Positions 46,205 through 58,400 of a stretch of DNA of 64,000 nucleotides are shown here, in pieces. The notes under the pieces are model-generated. The model was not told the DNA's origin. It saw nothing but the letters and a program-made list of their open reading frames with translations, and ran no database searches. Numbering within the stretch: the stretch's first letter is position 1; every line of letters begins with the position of its first letter. Position numbers and translations under genes: made by a program. Source of the stretch: Clostridiales bacterium (GTDB lineage Bacteria > Bacillota > Clostridia > Lachnospirales > Lachnospiraceae); assembly GCA_021199255.1 (NCBI GenBank), contig JAJQIK010000043.1, positions 1,235 to 65,234 on the forward strand. Direction: 5' to 3'.

Positions 46205-47500
46205 TTATTCGTCCGCTTCCGCGTTGGCCGCCGTTTCAGCCAGCTCGTCCTGATCCGTCTCCTCCTGTTCCGTTCCCGTAACGGAAGGTACGTCGGGGGT
46301 AATCAGATGCTCCTCGTCCACGCCGTACTGTACATACTCGCCATACTCCTGCCAGATATTGCATATCCATGTCTTACCCTGATTAAAAATAATCTCATTG
46401 CCTTCTTCATCATAGAACTTCGCCGGCGTAAAATCACCGTCATAACGAAGCCAGGTTCCCTGAATCACCCTGCCGTTGGTAAAGATAATGGCGTCCCCTT
46501 CTCCATGTACGCCAAAAGCAAGATAATCATGGTCGTCTCTGACCTCCCCGTGGCAATACTGGAACACCACATTGCTTACCGCAAGCTGCTCATTGTTATA
46601 CTCGTCTATCTGCGCTTCGCCGTCCTGATAGCGATAGTATAGCTGATCCTCCTCATGATATTCAAAATAAGGATGATATGCGCCATATCCGCCGGAGTTT
46701 CCGCCTGACTGGCCGCCCGGATAAATCAGGACAGCCTCCTCATTCTCCGCATAATCCGCCGTCACATCATCTGCCGCGAACAGAAACGGCGCCACATAAT
46801 CCTCGTCATAATTCCAGTCATAGCCCAATCGCTCGACTGCCTCGAACAAACCCTCAATGTCCAGATACCCCGTAAACTCGGTAGCATAGCCCGGACGGCT
46901 GACTCTCTTAAACGCTTCGTCAGCGGGATTATGAATCCCATCTACCGCCGCGCTGATATTATAGTAATTGGGTCTGTTAATCAATTCCTCCACATAGGGC
47001 TTGGCAAGACCCCAGTTACAGTAAATCGCCTCATACCCCATAGCCACATATACAAAATAATCACGGCTGCTTCTCACCGGCCCGATTCGATCCAGCTCAT
47101 CAAAGTTCTCAAAAACCGCCATCAGTCTGGTAATCCTTCCTTCCACCGGAGCCTCATAGATAATCCCCGCCTGCGACAGGCCATACTGAGGCATAGCCGG
47201 AGCGTTATTGGGAATCATAACCGCAATCGGTCTTCTCTCCGCCTGCTGTACGTCCGTCCATTCTCCTGTCAAAAAGCTCTGTATCTCGCCGTTTACTTCC
47301 TCGCGCTCTTCAATCACCGGATATGCCGTAGTCAGCTCTTCTTCCGGCTCCTCCTCCGGTTCTTCCGGAATCACTTCTTCCTCCTGAATTTCCTCCGTCT
47401 CCGGTTCGGGCGCGGGTTCTTCCGAGCTGCCGCAGGCTGTCAGAACGGCTGATGCCGCCAACACCGACGCCATCAATAAAGCTGTTTTCTTTTGAAACAT
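46205..47500 (-). CDS. DUF3048 (YerB-like) lipoprotein
   Basis: A lipobox (LTAC) is present, with the DUF3048 blocks RPIAVMIPN and GIIYEAPVEGRITRLMAVF. The start was set at 47500, which has an AAGAGGA RBS. Confidence 0.8.
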   Translation of the reverse strand: MFQKKTALLMASVLAASAVLTACGSSEEPAPEPETEEIQEEEVIPEEPEEEPEEELTTAYPVIEEREEVNGEIQSFLTGEWTDVQQAERRPIAVMIPNNAPAMPQYGLSQAGIIYEAPVEGRITRLMAVFENFDELDRIGPVRSSRDYFVYVAMGYEAIYCNWGLAKPYVEELINRPNYYNISAAVDGIHNPADEAFKRVSRPGYATEFTGYLDIEGLFEAVERLGYDWNYDEDYVAPFLFAADDVTADYAENEEAVLIYPGGQSGGNSGGYGAYHPYFEYHEEDQLYYRYQDGEAQIDEYNNEQLAVSNVVFQYCHGEVRDDHDYLAFGVHGEGDAIIFTNGRVIQGTWLRYDGDFTPAKFYDEEGNEIIFNQGKTWICNIWQEYGEYVQYGVDEEHLITPDVPSVTGTEQEETDQDELAETAANAEADE

Positions 47501-47556
47501 ATTGTCCTCTTTTCCGCATATTAAAGCTAACGCTGTATGCTTTTGGCTTATCACAA

Positions 47557-47586
47557 CGCGGTTACGGCAGTACTGCCGTAACCGCG
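47557..47586. repeat. 30-bp perfect palindrome (hairpin, probable terminator of the S8 protease gene)
   Basis: CGCGGTTACGGCAG-TA-CTGCCGTAACCGCG has 14-bp arms. The U tract on the minus strand is weak. Confidence 0.5.
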
Positions 47587-47676
47587 AATGATTTTATTAT
47601 ACCCGAAAATGAGCGGAGTGTACACTCGAATCAGGGAAAATTCAAAAAGACTGTTCCGGGCGCCCTATGCGCCATA

Positions 47677-50600
47677 TTATTTAACTACAAACTTCAAGCT
47701 TAACGTTTTGTTCGTCGAGTCCATCGCCTTAATGGTAATCGTGGCGGAGCCCTTCTTAGCCGCCACAAATTGAATAGTTCCCACTCCGGAGCTCGACGAA
47801 TAGGATATGGTAGGCGATATGACCGCCGGCGAAGAGGAGCTGCAGGTCATGGGCGACTTACAGTCGGAATAAAAATACATAATATATACACCGCTGCTTG
47901 CGTAATAGGAACCGGCATAGAGATAGGTCGTCGCGGTCGTCGCATAGACAGAATACGACCTGCTGACGCCGCTTCCGTCCCGCGCCGTAGCCGTAACAGA
48001 AACTGCCTTCGTACCGGAAAGAGACGCCTGCTTCGAAAGAGATACTTTACCGGATGAGCTGACGGAAATGCCCAGACTCTTAGCGGCGTCCGAAACGCTC
48101 CATGTCACATTCTTATTAGAAATCGGGCCGCACTCCGTCTCCAGGGTCGCAACAAGCTGTACGCTCTTGCCCGGAGCCACATATCTGCTGGCGCCGTTTT
48201 TCGGCGCAATATTAATTCTGGATACCGGGTTGATCACCGTCACGGTACAGGAAGCCTTCTTATTACTTCCATCTGTTGCCGTTAAGGTAATCGTCGCTTT
48301 TCCGGTGGATTTACTGCTGGCGGTTAACGTAATCTCACCGGTCTCCTGATTCACCGTCGGAGATACCAGCGCTGAATTACTGCTGGCGACCGTATACGCC
48401 GAAGTATTGGCTCCGTCGGAAGCCGTAATCACAGCATATAATGTTGCTTCCGAAGCTGCCGTGGCAATCCCTGTTCCGGAACGGAACAGGGTCAGCTTAC
48501 TGACCTTGGACGTTTTAGCGCTGTCTCTTATCTCCACCTTCGTGATACCGCCGGTTACCGTAACAGCGCACGTCGCTTTCTTATTGCTCCCATCGGTAGA
48601 AGCAATCACAATATTAGCCTTTCCATACTGTTCACCGGTAGTCGTCAGCGGAATCTGCACCGTATAGCTGCCGTCCGTATTCGGTTCTGTTGTCGTTTCG
48701 CCTATGGTAACCACCGCTTCCCTGCTGCTGGTGACCGTATAAGCGTTGGGATTAAAACTGGAGGAACCTCCCGCTCCCTTAATCGTAGCTGTAATCGTCT
48801 GAGTGTTTGTCCTGTATGTATCAACATATTGGGTATACAGCGTGGTCTTGGTAGTATCCAGCTTAATCTCGCCGATCGCTCCGTCATAGATGGTAACGTC
48901 CTGAGTAGCCACAGCGCCTTTGCCATCCGCCGCGGCAGCCGTCACCGTATAGGTACCCGCTGCCGCTCCTGCTTTCACCGTAAGCTTACCGCTGGAGGCA
49001 TTGATCGTCACCTTAGGGTCATCCGACTCAATACTCCACAGCACCTTTTTATTGGTCGGCTTTGTGGGATTTAACACGGCTTTAAGCGTCATGCTCTTTC
49101 CCGCCGCCACAGTAAAGAGCGTCTCATCTGTCTTCCCTTTATCCGTAGTGATCGTAATGCCTGTGACGCCCTGCTTCACCGTAATCTTAATGGTCGCTTT
49201 CTTATTGCCATTATCCTTCGCTTTGGCGGTAATGGTGGCGGTTCCCGCAGCATAGGCTGTTACTGTTCCGTCCTCGTCCACAGTGGCAACTGCCGTTTTA
49301 TTGCTGCTCCATGTTATGTAATCGGAAAGGCTGCCGCTGCCTATCTGCTCCAGCGAACCTTCCTCATTCTTTATTTTCGCAATCAGACCCTCCGCTAACT
49401 CCAGCGTAGGATTTTCATCCTCCTGTGTCAGCCATAATTCTTTCACGACATTCCTGTCAAAAGCAAGGCTCTGAACGGCGGCTCCTGACGCTACCACCTG
49501 TATTGAATATTTCGCTGAGGCCTGCCCGTCGTCCTGCGCCGTAACAATGACCTGATAATCTCCTATATCCGCCTGCGCTGTGGCCGTGATCCTGCCATTC
49601 TGGGTGATGCTGATTTTCGCGGTATCAACCGCAGCCCCGTCAGAAGTCTGCAGTTCCCAGGTAACCTTTTTATTAGATGCGTAAGCAGGCGTAACCGCCG
49701 CGGAAAGCGTAATACTCTTTCCCTGCTCTACCTTGGTGGAGCCGGAAACGGTAATGGCTGTCACATAAGGCGACAGGCTATAGGCCTGGGACTTCACGGC
49801 GCTGGCCACACCGCTTTCATTCATAGCAAAGGCCTTGACGGTACCCTTGGCGGCCTGGGAACAATCCAGCGTAAAGGTAACCTCATTTCCCTCCACAAGC
49901 GTCGTATTCGCGTCCGTCTCTTCATTCTTATAGACCGGAGTTTTACCGTTTGTGGTATAGCATAGCTGCATATTTGCCTGCGCTTTAATCGTTACCGCAG
50001 CAGACTGCTGATCCTCCGCCAGCGTAATCGTAATAGTCGGCGCATTGGGCTTCGCAGACGCCGTAGTCAAATTAAAGACCTTCGTCAGGGAAGTGATTCC
50101 CTTCCCCATGCCAGAACCCGCGCTGATCACATTACTCTTCATGACAGACTCCAACGCATCCACCCTGTCCGCGCCGGATTTATTCTGTAATGCGGACAAA
50201 TCCTCCTGTGCCGATAAAATAACCGCCGCCTCGCCTGCGGCTACCGGACAGGCCATAGACGTCCCCTGCAGGGAACTGTAGCTACTTCCCAGCGTAGAAT
50301 AAATATTCACGCCCGGAGCCGACAAATCCACTGTGGAACCATAATTGGAGAAATAAGCCCTCTGATTATTGGTATCTGTCGCGGCTACTGCAATCACATG
50401 ATCGTAAGCGGCAGGGTACATCATCACAGAACCCCCGTCGTTACCTGCGGCCGCAAATACAATCACGCCTTTCTGATACGCTTTGTCCAGAACAAACTGC
50501 CAGGCGGAGCTGTAACCAATCCCGCCAAGGCTCATATTGATAATATCCACCCTTGGTTCTGTGGTACTGACACTGTCGCTGGTGGTATTGTCCTCTTCCC

Positions 50601-51807
50601 CGATCAGATAATTAATAGCCGCTATGATGGTGGAATCGCTGGCGCTCGAACCTTCAAACACCTTGGCATTATAAATCTGCGCATCCGGCGCAACCCCCAC
50701 GCCCTGACTGCCATTAGCCAGCGCTGCGATAATCCCCGCCACGTGAGTGCCGTGTCCCAGCACATCAGACGTATCGTCGCTCTCTTCATCACAGAAATTT
50801 GTTGCCGCAAATATATTTGAGGCCAAATCGTCATTTTCATCGATGCCGCTGTCAATAACGCCTACTTTGATAGAATCCCCTGTGTAACCGGCCTCCCAGG
50901 CATAAGGAGAACCGACTGTCGTATGAAACCACTGATAATAGTCGCTGTCGGGCAGCAAATACGGATCCTCGTATCCGTCAAGCTCCATTAATGCCTGCTC
51001 GTATTCTTCGAGCGTATTGTCACTCTCAGTTTCTGTTTCCTCTTCATATAATGTACGAAAATAATTAGGCCACACCGCCGGTAAATTATTATCCATGCTG
51101 GAAGCAACCGTTATCGCTGACTTAACGCTTACATCTTCACTAAGCTCCAAGGTCAAAACTCCCATGTCAAAGCTTATCACTTCCGCCTGATACGCTTCTG
51201 CAATCATTTCAGCTTCTTCGCCGCTGTCTGCAAAAGTAATAATCTGCCCCTCGGCGTAGGTGTCCCCCTCTTCACTTTCCTTAACCTCCGAAAGAGTTTC
51301 CGACAGTTCCTCTTTTAGCGCTATCTGGGCTGTCGTCAACTGATAATCCGACGGCATTGCAGAAAAACCGCTCAAATCATCCTCTAAATCCTCTTTCTCT
51401 TCAGCTTCTGCCTCCTCCGGCGTCTCTTCTGTTTCTTCCTCCTCTGTTACCTGTTCTTCCCAGCCAACGTCTTCCGACGTTGATTCATTATTTTCTTCCT
51501 CCGATTCCGTTTCCTGCGTGCCTTCCTCTGAACCGCTATCCTGCTGATCCGTTCCAGACTCTTCCGAACCGCTATCCTGCGATTCGCTGCTGTCCTCCTC
51601 CGCTTCAGCGCCCTCAGACTGATTCTGCACGCCATCTGTTTCTTCGGTTCCCAAATCAACTGACGCCGCCTCTTCCTCGTCAACGTAAGCTTCCGCTGCA
51701 GACTCTTCCGCGTATACAACAGAAAAATCTGCGAAAGGCTCCGTCAGCAATATGGCCGAAATTACATATGCTATTATCGTTTTACGTAATTTCTTAAGCT
51801 TATTCAA
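47677..51807 (-). CDS. Secreted S8 (subtilisin-family) serine protease with acidic N-region and multiple Big_2 Ig-like repeats (1376 aa)
   Basis: A signal peptide is present. The catalytic blocks are VGVIDSGID (Asp), HGTHVAGIIAA (His) and GTSMACPVAAG (Ser). The C-terminal half has repeated motifs of the form ...LSAAVTPAYASNKKVTWE... The start is a TTG after a GGAGGAG RBS. Confidence 0.9.
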   Translation of the reverse strand: MNKLKKLRKTIIAYVISAILLTEPFADFSVVYAEESAAEAYVDEEEAASVDLGTEETDGVQNQSEGAEAEEDSSESQDSGSEESGTDQQDSGSEEGTQETESEEENNESTSEDVGWEEQVTEEEETEETPEEAEAEEKEDLEDDLSGFSAMPSDYQLTTAQIALKEELSETLSEVKESEEGDTYAEGQIITFADSGEEAEMIAEAYQAEVISFDMGVLTLELSEDVSVKSAITVASSMDNNLPAVWPNYFRTLYEEETETESDNTLEEYEQALMELDGYEDPYLLPDSDYYQWFHTTVGSPYAWEAGYTGDSIKVGVIDSGIDENDDLASNIFAATNFCDEESDDTSDVLGHGTHVAGIIAALANGSQGVGVAPDAQIYNAKVFEGSSASDSTIIAAINYLIGEEDNTTSDSVSTTEPRVDIINMSLGGIGYSSAWQFVLDKAYQKGVIVFAAAGNDGGSVMMYPAAYDHVIAVAATDTNNQRAYFSNYGSTVDLSAPGVNIYSTLGSSYSSLQGTSMACPVAAGEAAVILSAQEDLSALQNKSGADRVDALESVMKSNVISAGSGMGKGITSLTKVFNLTTASAKPNAPTITITLAEDQQSAAVTIKAQANMQLCYTTNGKTPVYKNEETDANTTLVEGNEVTFTLDCSQAAKGTVKAFAMNESGVASAVKSQAYSLSPYVTAITVSGSTKVEQGKSITLSAAVTPAYASNKKVTWELQTSDGAAVDTAKISITQNGRITATAQADIGDYQVIVTAQDDGQASAKYSIQVVASGAAVQSLAFDRNVVKELWLTQEDENPTLELAEGLIAKIKNEEGSLEQIGSGSLSDYITWSSNKTAVATVDEDGTVTAYAAGTATITAKAKDNGNKKATIKITVKQGVTGITITTDKGKTDETLFTVAAGKSMTLKAVLNPTKPTNKKVLWSIESDDPKVTINASSGKLTVKAGAAAGTYTVTAAAADGKGAVATQDVTIYDGAIGEIKLDTTKTTLYTQYVDTYRTNTQTITATIKGAGGSSSFNPNAYTVTSSREAVVTIGETTTEPNTDGSYTVQIPLTTTGEQYGKANIVIASTDGSNKKATCAVTVTGGITKVEIRDSAKTSKVSKLTLFRSGTGIATAASEATLYAVITASDGANTSAYTVASSNSALVSPTVNQETGEITLTASSKSTGKATITLTATDGSNKKASCTVTVINPVSRINIAPKNGASRYVAPGKSVQLVATLETECGPISNKNVTWSVSDAAKSLGISVSSSGKVSLSKQASLSGTKAVSVTATARDGSGVSRSYSVYATTATTYLYAGSYYASSGVYIMYFYSDCKSPMTCSSSSPAVISPTISYSSSSGVGTIQFVAAKKGSATITIKAMDSTNKTLSLKFVVK

Positions 51808-51829
51808 TGCTCCTCCGCCGCTTCATATA

Positions 51830-52222
51830 CTATTGTTCTTCCTCCTGCGGCATGGAAGAATCATATAGACTCTTCTGATAATTAAGGTACAATGTGGGAT
51901 AACCGTTGTCCTCCCCTCTGGCTATCACCTGCTCAGGATCTTCATCGGTATCATAAGTCGCAACCCCATTCTGAAAAGACACAAAAACAATTCCATACTG
52001 TCCTGCAATCTCTTTTGCCATTTCCTCGCTTTCCGCCAACGCCATCAAAGGCTCCGACTCAGACACAACTCCTGAAGATGGGTACACCTCCACGGCAATG
52101 GTATGTATCAAGGGAAATGCCGGGCCAATATCAAAATACATAAACAAGATATACCAGGCAATTAATATCAATATAAGAGCTGTCACAATTACTATGATTA
52201 TTTTCAGCATCTTCTGTTTCAT
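51830..52222 (-). CDS. Membrane-anchored 130-aa protein homologous to the pro-region of the downstream S8 protease
   Basis: An N-terminal TM helix is present. ESEEMAKEIAGQYGIVFVSFQNGVATY...GYPTLYLNYQKSLY aligns with protease residues around 195-265 (SGEEAEMIAEAYQAEVISFDMGVLTL...NLPAVWPNYFRTLY). Confidence 0.65.
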   Translation of the reverse strand: MKQKMLKIIIVIVTALILILIAWYILFMYFDIGPAFPLIHTIAVEVYPSSGVVSESEPLMALAESEEMAKEIAGQYGIVFVSFQNGVATYDTDEDPEQVIARGEDNGYPTLYLNYQKSLYDSSMPQEEEQ

Positions 52223-52383
52223 CTCTTCTCCTATGATCCTGCCGCTTAAACAATTCTATGAAAATTATAACACCATATCTTAGAAAACGCAAAAATAACC
52301 AACTAATCGTTACTTTCTTTACCAACAAGAACCAGCAGAACAATCCATTAAAAGTCCGCGATAAAACTTCCCCAAAAGGAAAC

Positions 52384-52427
52384 CGCTGTGAATTAACCGG
52401 AAACCGGTTAATCCGCAGCAGTTTTTT
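52384..52427. terminator. Long imperfect hairpin terminator after the giant galactanase gene
   Basis: The core is GAATTAACCGG-AAA-CCGGTTAATCC, extended by CTGTG and GCAG. A T6 run follows on the plus side, and UUUCCUUUU follows on the minus side. Confidence 0.55.
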
Positions 52428-52442
52428 GCTTTCCTGTTCTTT

Positions 52443-55400
52443 TTATTTGATAATAAATTTCTTCACTGCCGTTCCGCTATAATTCCCGATACCTGTAATG
52501 GTAGCCGTTGCAGTTCCCCGCTTATTATTATCCGTATATGTTACCACATAATCAGTTCCCGCTTTAAGCTTCCTGCCATTGACGCTGATTGACCAGGAAG
52601 GCGTTACCGCCTTATTCTTATAGGTCTGTGCGGTTATATCCTGTACGCAGCTTGACGTAATGGCCGCTGTTGTAATGGCGTAACTGATCGTTTTAGACTG
52701 CTTCACAGCGCCCTGAGCGCCATTCAGGCCTTTTTCCTTAATAATCACATAAGGATTGGCGGTCGTTTGGGTGATCTCACCGGTTGCCTTGCCCGATATC
52801 TTCTTATTATTCTTATAGCTGACCGAATAAGCTGTATTTAATTTCAAGTCCACTTCTACGCCGTAATTTTTATCGATAAAACGAATTGTGGGCTTGACAG
52901 CTTTGCCGGTATAAACAGCCGGCGCTACGTAAATCGCAAGATCATCCAGCGTTCTGTCTTGTACTGTAAACAGATTCTTTACCGTTATTTTCCCTTTGTA
53001 ATTGCCTTTTCCGGTGATTACCGCATATGCCTCGGCGCCCGCCTTGACATTATTCTTATAGGAAATGGTATAATCTGTTCCTTTCTTAAAGACTACACTG
53101 GTACTGCCGTTGGTTACCTTAATTTCTTCCAGATCCGGCGTAATGGCATAGCCTGTATAATAGCGTTCGGTTCCATAAACAGAATCTGATTCAATTTCAG
53201 GCTTCTCGGAAATGACCGCGCAGGTTTCCTGTTGTTTTTCCGTCAGTTCATCTCCCTCCCAATTTGCCAAAAGCGTTCTTTGGGTGATTTTAAAGGTAGC
53301 CGTCTTAGTCCCGGCATAATCGCCCATGCCTTTAATCGTAATGGTCGCTTTACCGGTTTTCGTATTATTCTCATAGGTTGCCGTATAATCCTGACCCTGA
53401 ATCAACGTTTTCGCATTCGCGCCCTTACCAACCGTAACCGTCAACTCCTTGGCTTCCGTATCCTCTTCGTCTGTTTTGGCGCTCAGGCGGATCGCAGAGC
53501 CTGTATACACTTTGTTAGTAGTCTTCACCGATGCGTTGGAAAGTAAATACTCTTTTCCCACCACGCGCAGGGTTGCAGCAGCTTCTCCAGTATAATTACA
53601 GTTTTCATTCGCCGTGTTGGCGGTAACCGTTACGGTATACGTTCCCTCTTCCCGGACTTTATTCCCTTCCACGCTATTCCCGGATACGGAAACCGTATAT
53701 TGACTGGAGGAAACGGTTTTAGTGCCGTCCTTGACCGTAACGGTAGGGGCGGTTGCCCGGCTGGGGGCGATAATATCCTTAGCCGTTACTTCAATGCTGA
53801 AATCGCTCAAGGACTTCCTGCTGATCGTAAACGAGATATCCGCACTCTTGCCCGTATAATTCCCCTTTCCGGTAATCGTCAGGTAAGCTGTTCCCGCATT
53901 GGTATTGTTTTTGTAGGAAACCGTATAGTCCGTCCCCTTCTGCAATACCACTTTTCCATATTTCACCGCAACATAGGGCGTTATCTTTTTACCTGTATAG
54001 GTACTTCCCGCCGGTGTACTGATGGTAATGCCCGCTTCTTCGGTAATCGGCCGCTTCGCGATTGTAAAGGTTTGCGTATAAGAGCCTTTGCAGTTCACGC
54101 CATCTCCGATGATAATAACAGAAGCCTTTTTACCTACCTTAATATTATTTTGATATGCTACAGTATAATATTCCGACGATAACTCTTCTTCTACTTCTTT
54201 CTTGACCGCCTTGCCTGTGTCCGCATCTGTTTCCGTTATGGTTTGCCTGTAAGTAATTCTCTTGACTTCCGGTTCAATCTCTTCCCCGGTATAATAATAA
54301 TTATTCTGTGCCGCATCATAGCCGCCCAATTCTACAGAGGGTTTGATTTTGGACAGATCGATTCTGGTATCTTCTACGATCTTGAAAGTCGCCGTTGTCT
54401 GACCCGTAAACTTACCTTTCCCTGTGATAGTTACAGCAGCTGAATCTGTCACCTCTCTATTATTTGCATAAGCAACGCTGTAATCCTTGGAAGTCAGCGT
54501 ATATCCTTTATAAGTAACAGATATCCCCGGTTTAATCGCCTTGCCCGTATAATATTGGTCTTCTATCTCAACGGATGCCCCGCTGATATCAATCGGGGTA
54601 TCGCTTTCCAGCACGTTGACAAATTCCGCGCTGACCGTCACATTGCCCGCCGGCATCGTAAAGGAAGCCGTCGTAAAGGTCACCGAATCGCCATAAGTTA
54701 CGGTGGCTGTGGGGGATGTGCCGCCCTCTTCCGAACCGGAAGCAAAGGAGGCGCTGCCCTCGGAACCGCTCAAAATTGCCCCGGCCACAGAATTGCCCGA
54801 TACGGAAACACTTCCTACCGTATAACCGGTATCGGCTTTCACCGTAACCCTGACCACCTCGCCATTATCCGGCTCCAGATCGCTGACCGTAATACTGCCA
54901 TTCTGGGAATCAGCCACTTCCACCTGATAACTGCCATAGAGATAGAGATCATCGATCCAGCCCCAGGCGCCCACTTTCGTGGTGCTAACCTCAAAGCCAA
55001 CGGTAACCGTATCTCCTTCGACGACTTCAATTCCGGCAATCTCCGGATTCTGCCAGTTCAGCCAGCCGCCCAAAGAGCAGCCGTCTTTATAGTTTGTTGA
55101 CGTGCCATCCTCATGCTTCACGGTAACAACAGCATACTGGACGTCCTTTTCCGCCGCGGAGCCTCCCTGTATATAACCGCCAAAGGTATAAGTGCCCGGC
55201 GTTAAACCCGTCAGAGTCTGCGTAACCTTGGCACAAAAGGCGTTCGAGCCGCTCTGATAAAAATTAACTCCGTTGCTGCCTGTCCGCGCATTATTCTCAT
55301 CAGATGCGATTTTCCATGTATCGCCATCGTTCTTTTCCGTCCTGCCGTCTTCCCGCGACCAGTTGCTGTCGCTTCCCTCAAAGCTGGGATCGGTGAGCAC

Positions 55401-58400
55401 ATTTCCTGTGGGCATTACCTTAACAGTCAAGGTCACATTATATTTCTTGGTCTGAGTCGTCCCGTCTGAAGCTTCTAATGTGCAGACGGCTACGCCCGAT
55501 ACGGTATACTCCCCCGTTTTGTCTGTAGTTATCTCGTCCTTCTGCTCCTGATCCCAAGTGACAGGCGCTGTTCCAGTGGTGCCGTCATTATATTTGACGG
55601 AAACGGTGCTGATATTATCCCAATCGATGCTTTCTCCCACGGATACCGTAGTCTCTACGATACTCTGTACCTCTGAAATGTCCAGAGAAGCCGAGGCTCC
55701 CGTCCTGATCAGGCTGTAAATCTTCGCCGTAGGGAGAGCTGTCCCGTCAAAATCAAACCATGCCTGATTATCCACAGCGCTGCCGCCGTACCACAGACCC
55801 GCATCAGTGGGATCATATTCATAAGAATAACTGGACGCCCAGCCGGAGCCATATTCCTCCCACAAAGCCTGATTCTGCTTATAGAGATTCTGATCCACGC
55901 TGCCATCCGCATTATAAACATAGTAAGCGGACAACCAGGCGGGTTCCCAATAAAATACGCCCAGTCCTTTTCCGGCATAGCTGTCGTTCACTGCATTGAC
56001 CGCGTTCACCACGTCTCTGATTTCATTGGCCTGTCCCTGTATGGAAATATCGTAATTCAAATCCTGGCCGGAGGTCTTAGGCGCCGAATTGCCGTGTCCA
56101 TCGCCATCCTCCCATGTGGTCGCCCAGGAGGTCTCCGCCACCATGACGTATTTTCCCTGTTTGGCAACTTCTGTCAGGGCTGTTGTAAGCTGGCTTGTAG
56201 TGCCATGCCAGTAGGGATAAAAGGAAGCGCCGAATACATCATAATCCACATCGGCCAGTACCCCATTTACATAAGTGCTAAACCCACTCTGCGGATCTGT
56301 GAAATGAACCGCTACCAGGCAACTGGAATCAAATTTCCTGACTGCTGACGCTCCCGCCTTAAAAATTGTATTCATGCCTTCTGTAGAGGTTTCCCCGCAG
56401 ATACCGCTGTTGGTCTCATTTCCCACCTGCACCATGCCAACATCAACACCGGCAGCTTTCAGTTCATTCAGACTGTCTAGGGTAAAGTCATAAACCGCCT
56501 CCGCTTTCTCGTCAAGCCCGTAGCCTGCCCAGGCCTTCGGCGCGTCATATTTAGCAGGGTCAGACCAGAAATCCGAGTAATGGAAATCGATCAGCACCCT
56601 CATTCCCGCGTTAGTAGCGTATTTACCGATTACGATCGCCTTGTCCAGATCAGAATTACCGCCGCCGTAACCGTTATGATTACTATCGTAGGGATCATTC
56701 CATACTCTGATACGAACCCAGTTCATACCGCCGTCATACAAATAATTAAAAAACTCCTGATCCGTCAGCGCATTGCCGTCTTCGTCCTTAAATACCACGC
56801 CGCTTTCTTTCAGCGCAACATAAGAGGAAAGGTCAGCGCCTGTAATGAAGTCGTCCGAGAGCGCAATCTGTTCTACGTTTACGGAGGCTTGCGTAGCATA
56901 CTTTAACGCCTCGATTGCCGCCGTAAGCGCTTCAATGGCTCCTTCAATCTCTTCGTCTGTCGAAGCTTCGTTTTCCGCGACCTCTTTTGCGGATTTCAGC
57001 GCCGCCTCAAGCGTTTCCCATGTCGCCGCCGTATAGTCCGCTTCCACAAGGCTCTCAGCCTCCGCAATCAGCGCCTGAAGCTGCGCCAGCTTGCTGATGG
57101 TGTCGGAAAGCACACCGTCCTTATAATATATATAACCCGAGAACACGGGCGTAATGTCCACGTTCCAATCATCGGCTGTCCCGCCGTTGATGAAATTCAT
57201 CTGCCATGTGTATGAACCGTCATTATCCGTATATAATTGGAATACCTGACCGCCATCCTCCGCGTCCGGCACGGAAAAGGTCAGATAATACCAGTTTGAC
57301 GCCGACTCATCGGCTGTCATGTCGTAATATTGATTGCCCCATTCGTCTGTATCATCCGCCGTAAGCGCTGCAGCCGTGCCTGTCGAAGCGTCAAGGGTTT
57401 TTATTTCCTCTTCGCTCATGATTGCGGGCGTTCCCGTATTGTCATACACATACATTGTCACATTTCTGAGCGCTGCCGTCGCATCATCGCCGGCGTAGGC
57501 TATGAAATCCTTAACAGCATACTGCTCTGCATCGCCTGAAACAAGCGCAGCATAAATCTCCGTATAATTCCACTGCTGAGAGCATGACCATATTGAACTG
57601 CCATCCACATAGTCACCGTTCTCATCAACAGACGCTGTGTAAATTTCAAATCCCTCTTCCGTGTTGGCAGTATCTCCGAACTCCATATCAATGCTGTACC
57701 AGCCCGAATATGCCGTTTCGTTCATGAGATAAAAGGTTGTTCCGCTCCACGGCGTCCAGCTCGCCTCCCCGGCTTCGCCCCAAGTGATGGTTTTCTGCCA
57801 TGAATACACGCCTACCTCATAATCCGTTTCACCCACATAATAGTATAAGGTAATCGCAGCATTGCTGACCACCATCGCATCTACGGCTTCCTTAAGTGCC
57901 GTATACGCATCCGTGATGTCGTCGCCTGTCGTCGTTTTGACATCATCATCGTTTACATCCGCATAGGTTTCGTCTATCAGTTTGTTTGCCGCCTCTAAAG
58001 CACTGCTGAATGTACTCCACAAATCCGTATCGTAGCTGTCCTCTCCATTTTCTGTAATCGCCATTACATCATCAGATATGACAAGCTCCTTGAGCATTGC
58101 AAGCGTGATGCCCTCCGCAAGCTCAATTGATGAATAAAATGTTCCGTCCTTATAATATACATCTCCGTCAAATACGGGGGAGATGTCAGTATTGTAATCA
58201 TCAGCCGTTCCGCCGTTGATAAAATTTGTTACCCAGCCGGTCGAATTTTCCGAATAGAGCTGACATACTGTATCACCCTCGTCCCCCGCAGGAACGGAGA
58301 AGGTCAGGCAATACCAGCTTTCCTCATCTTCTACCGCCGTCATGGAATAGAAATTTCCCCAGTCCTCAGTGTAGGATGCCGTAAGCGCCGTAACCGTTCC

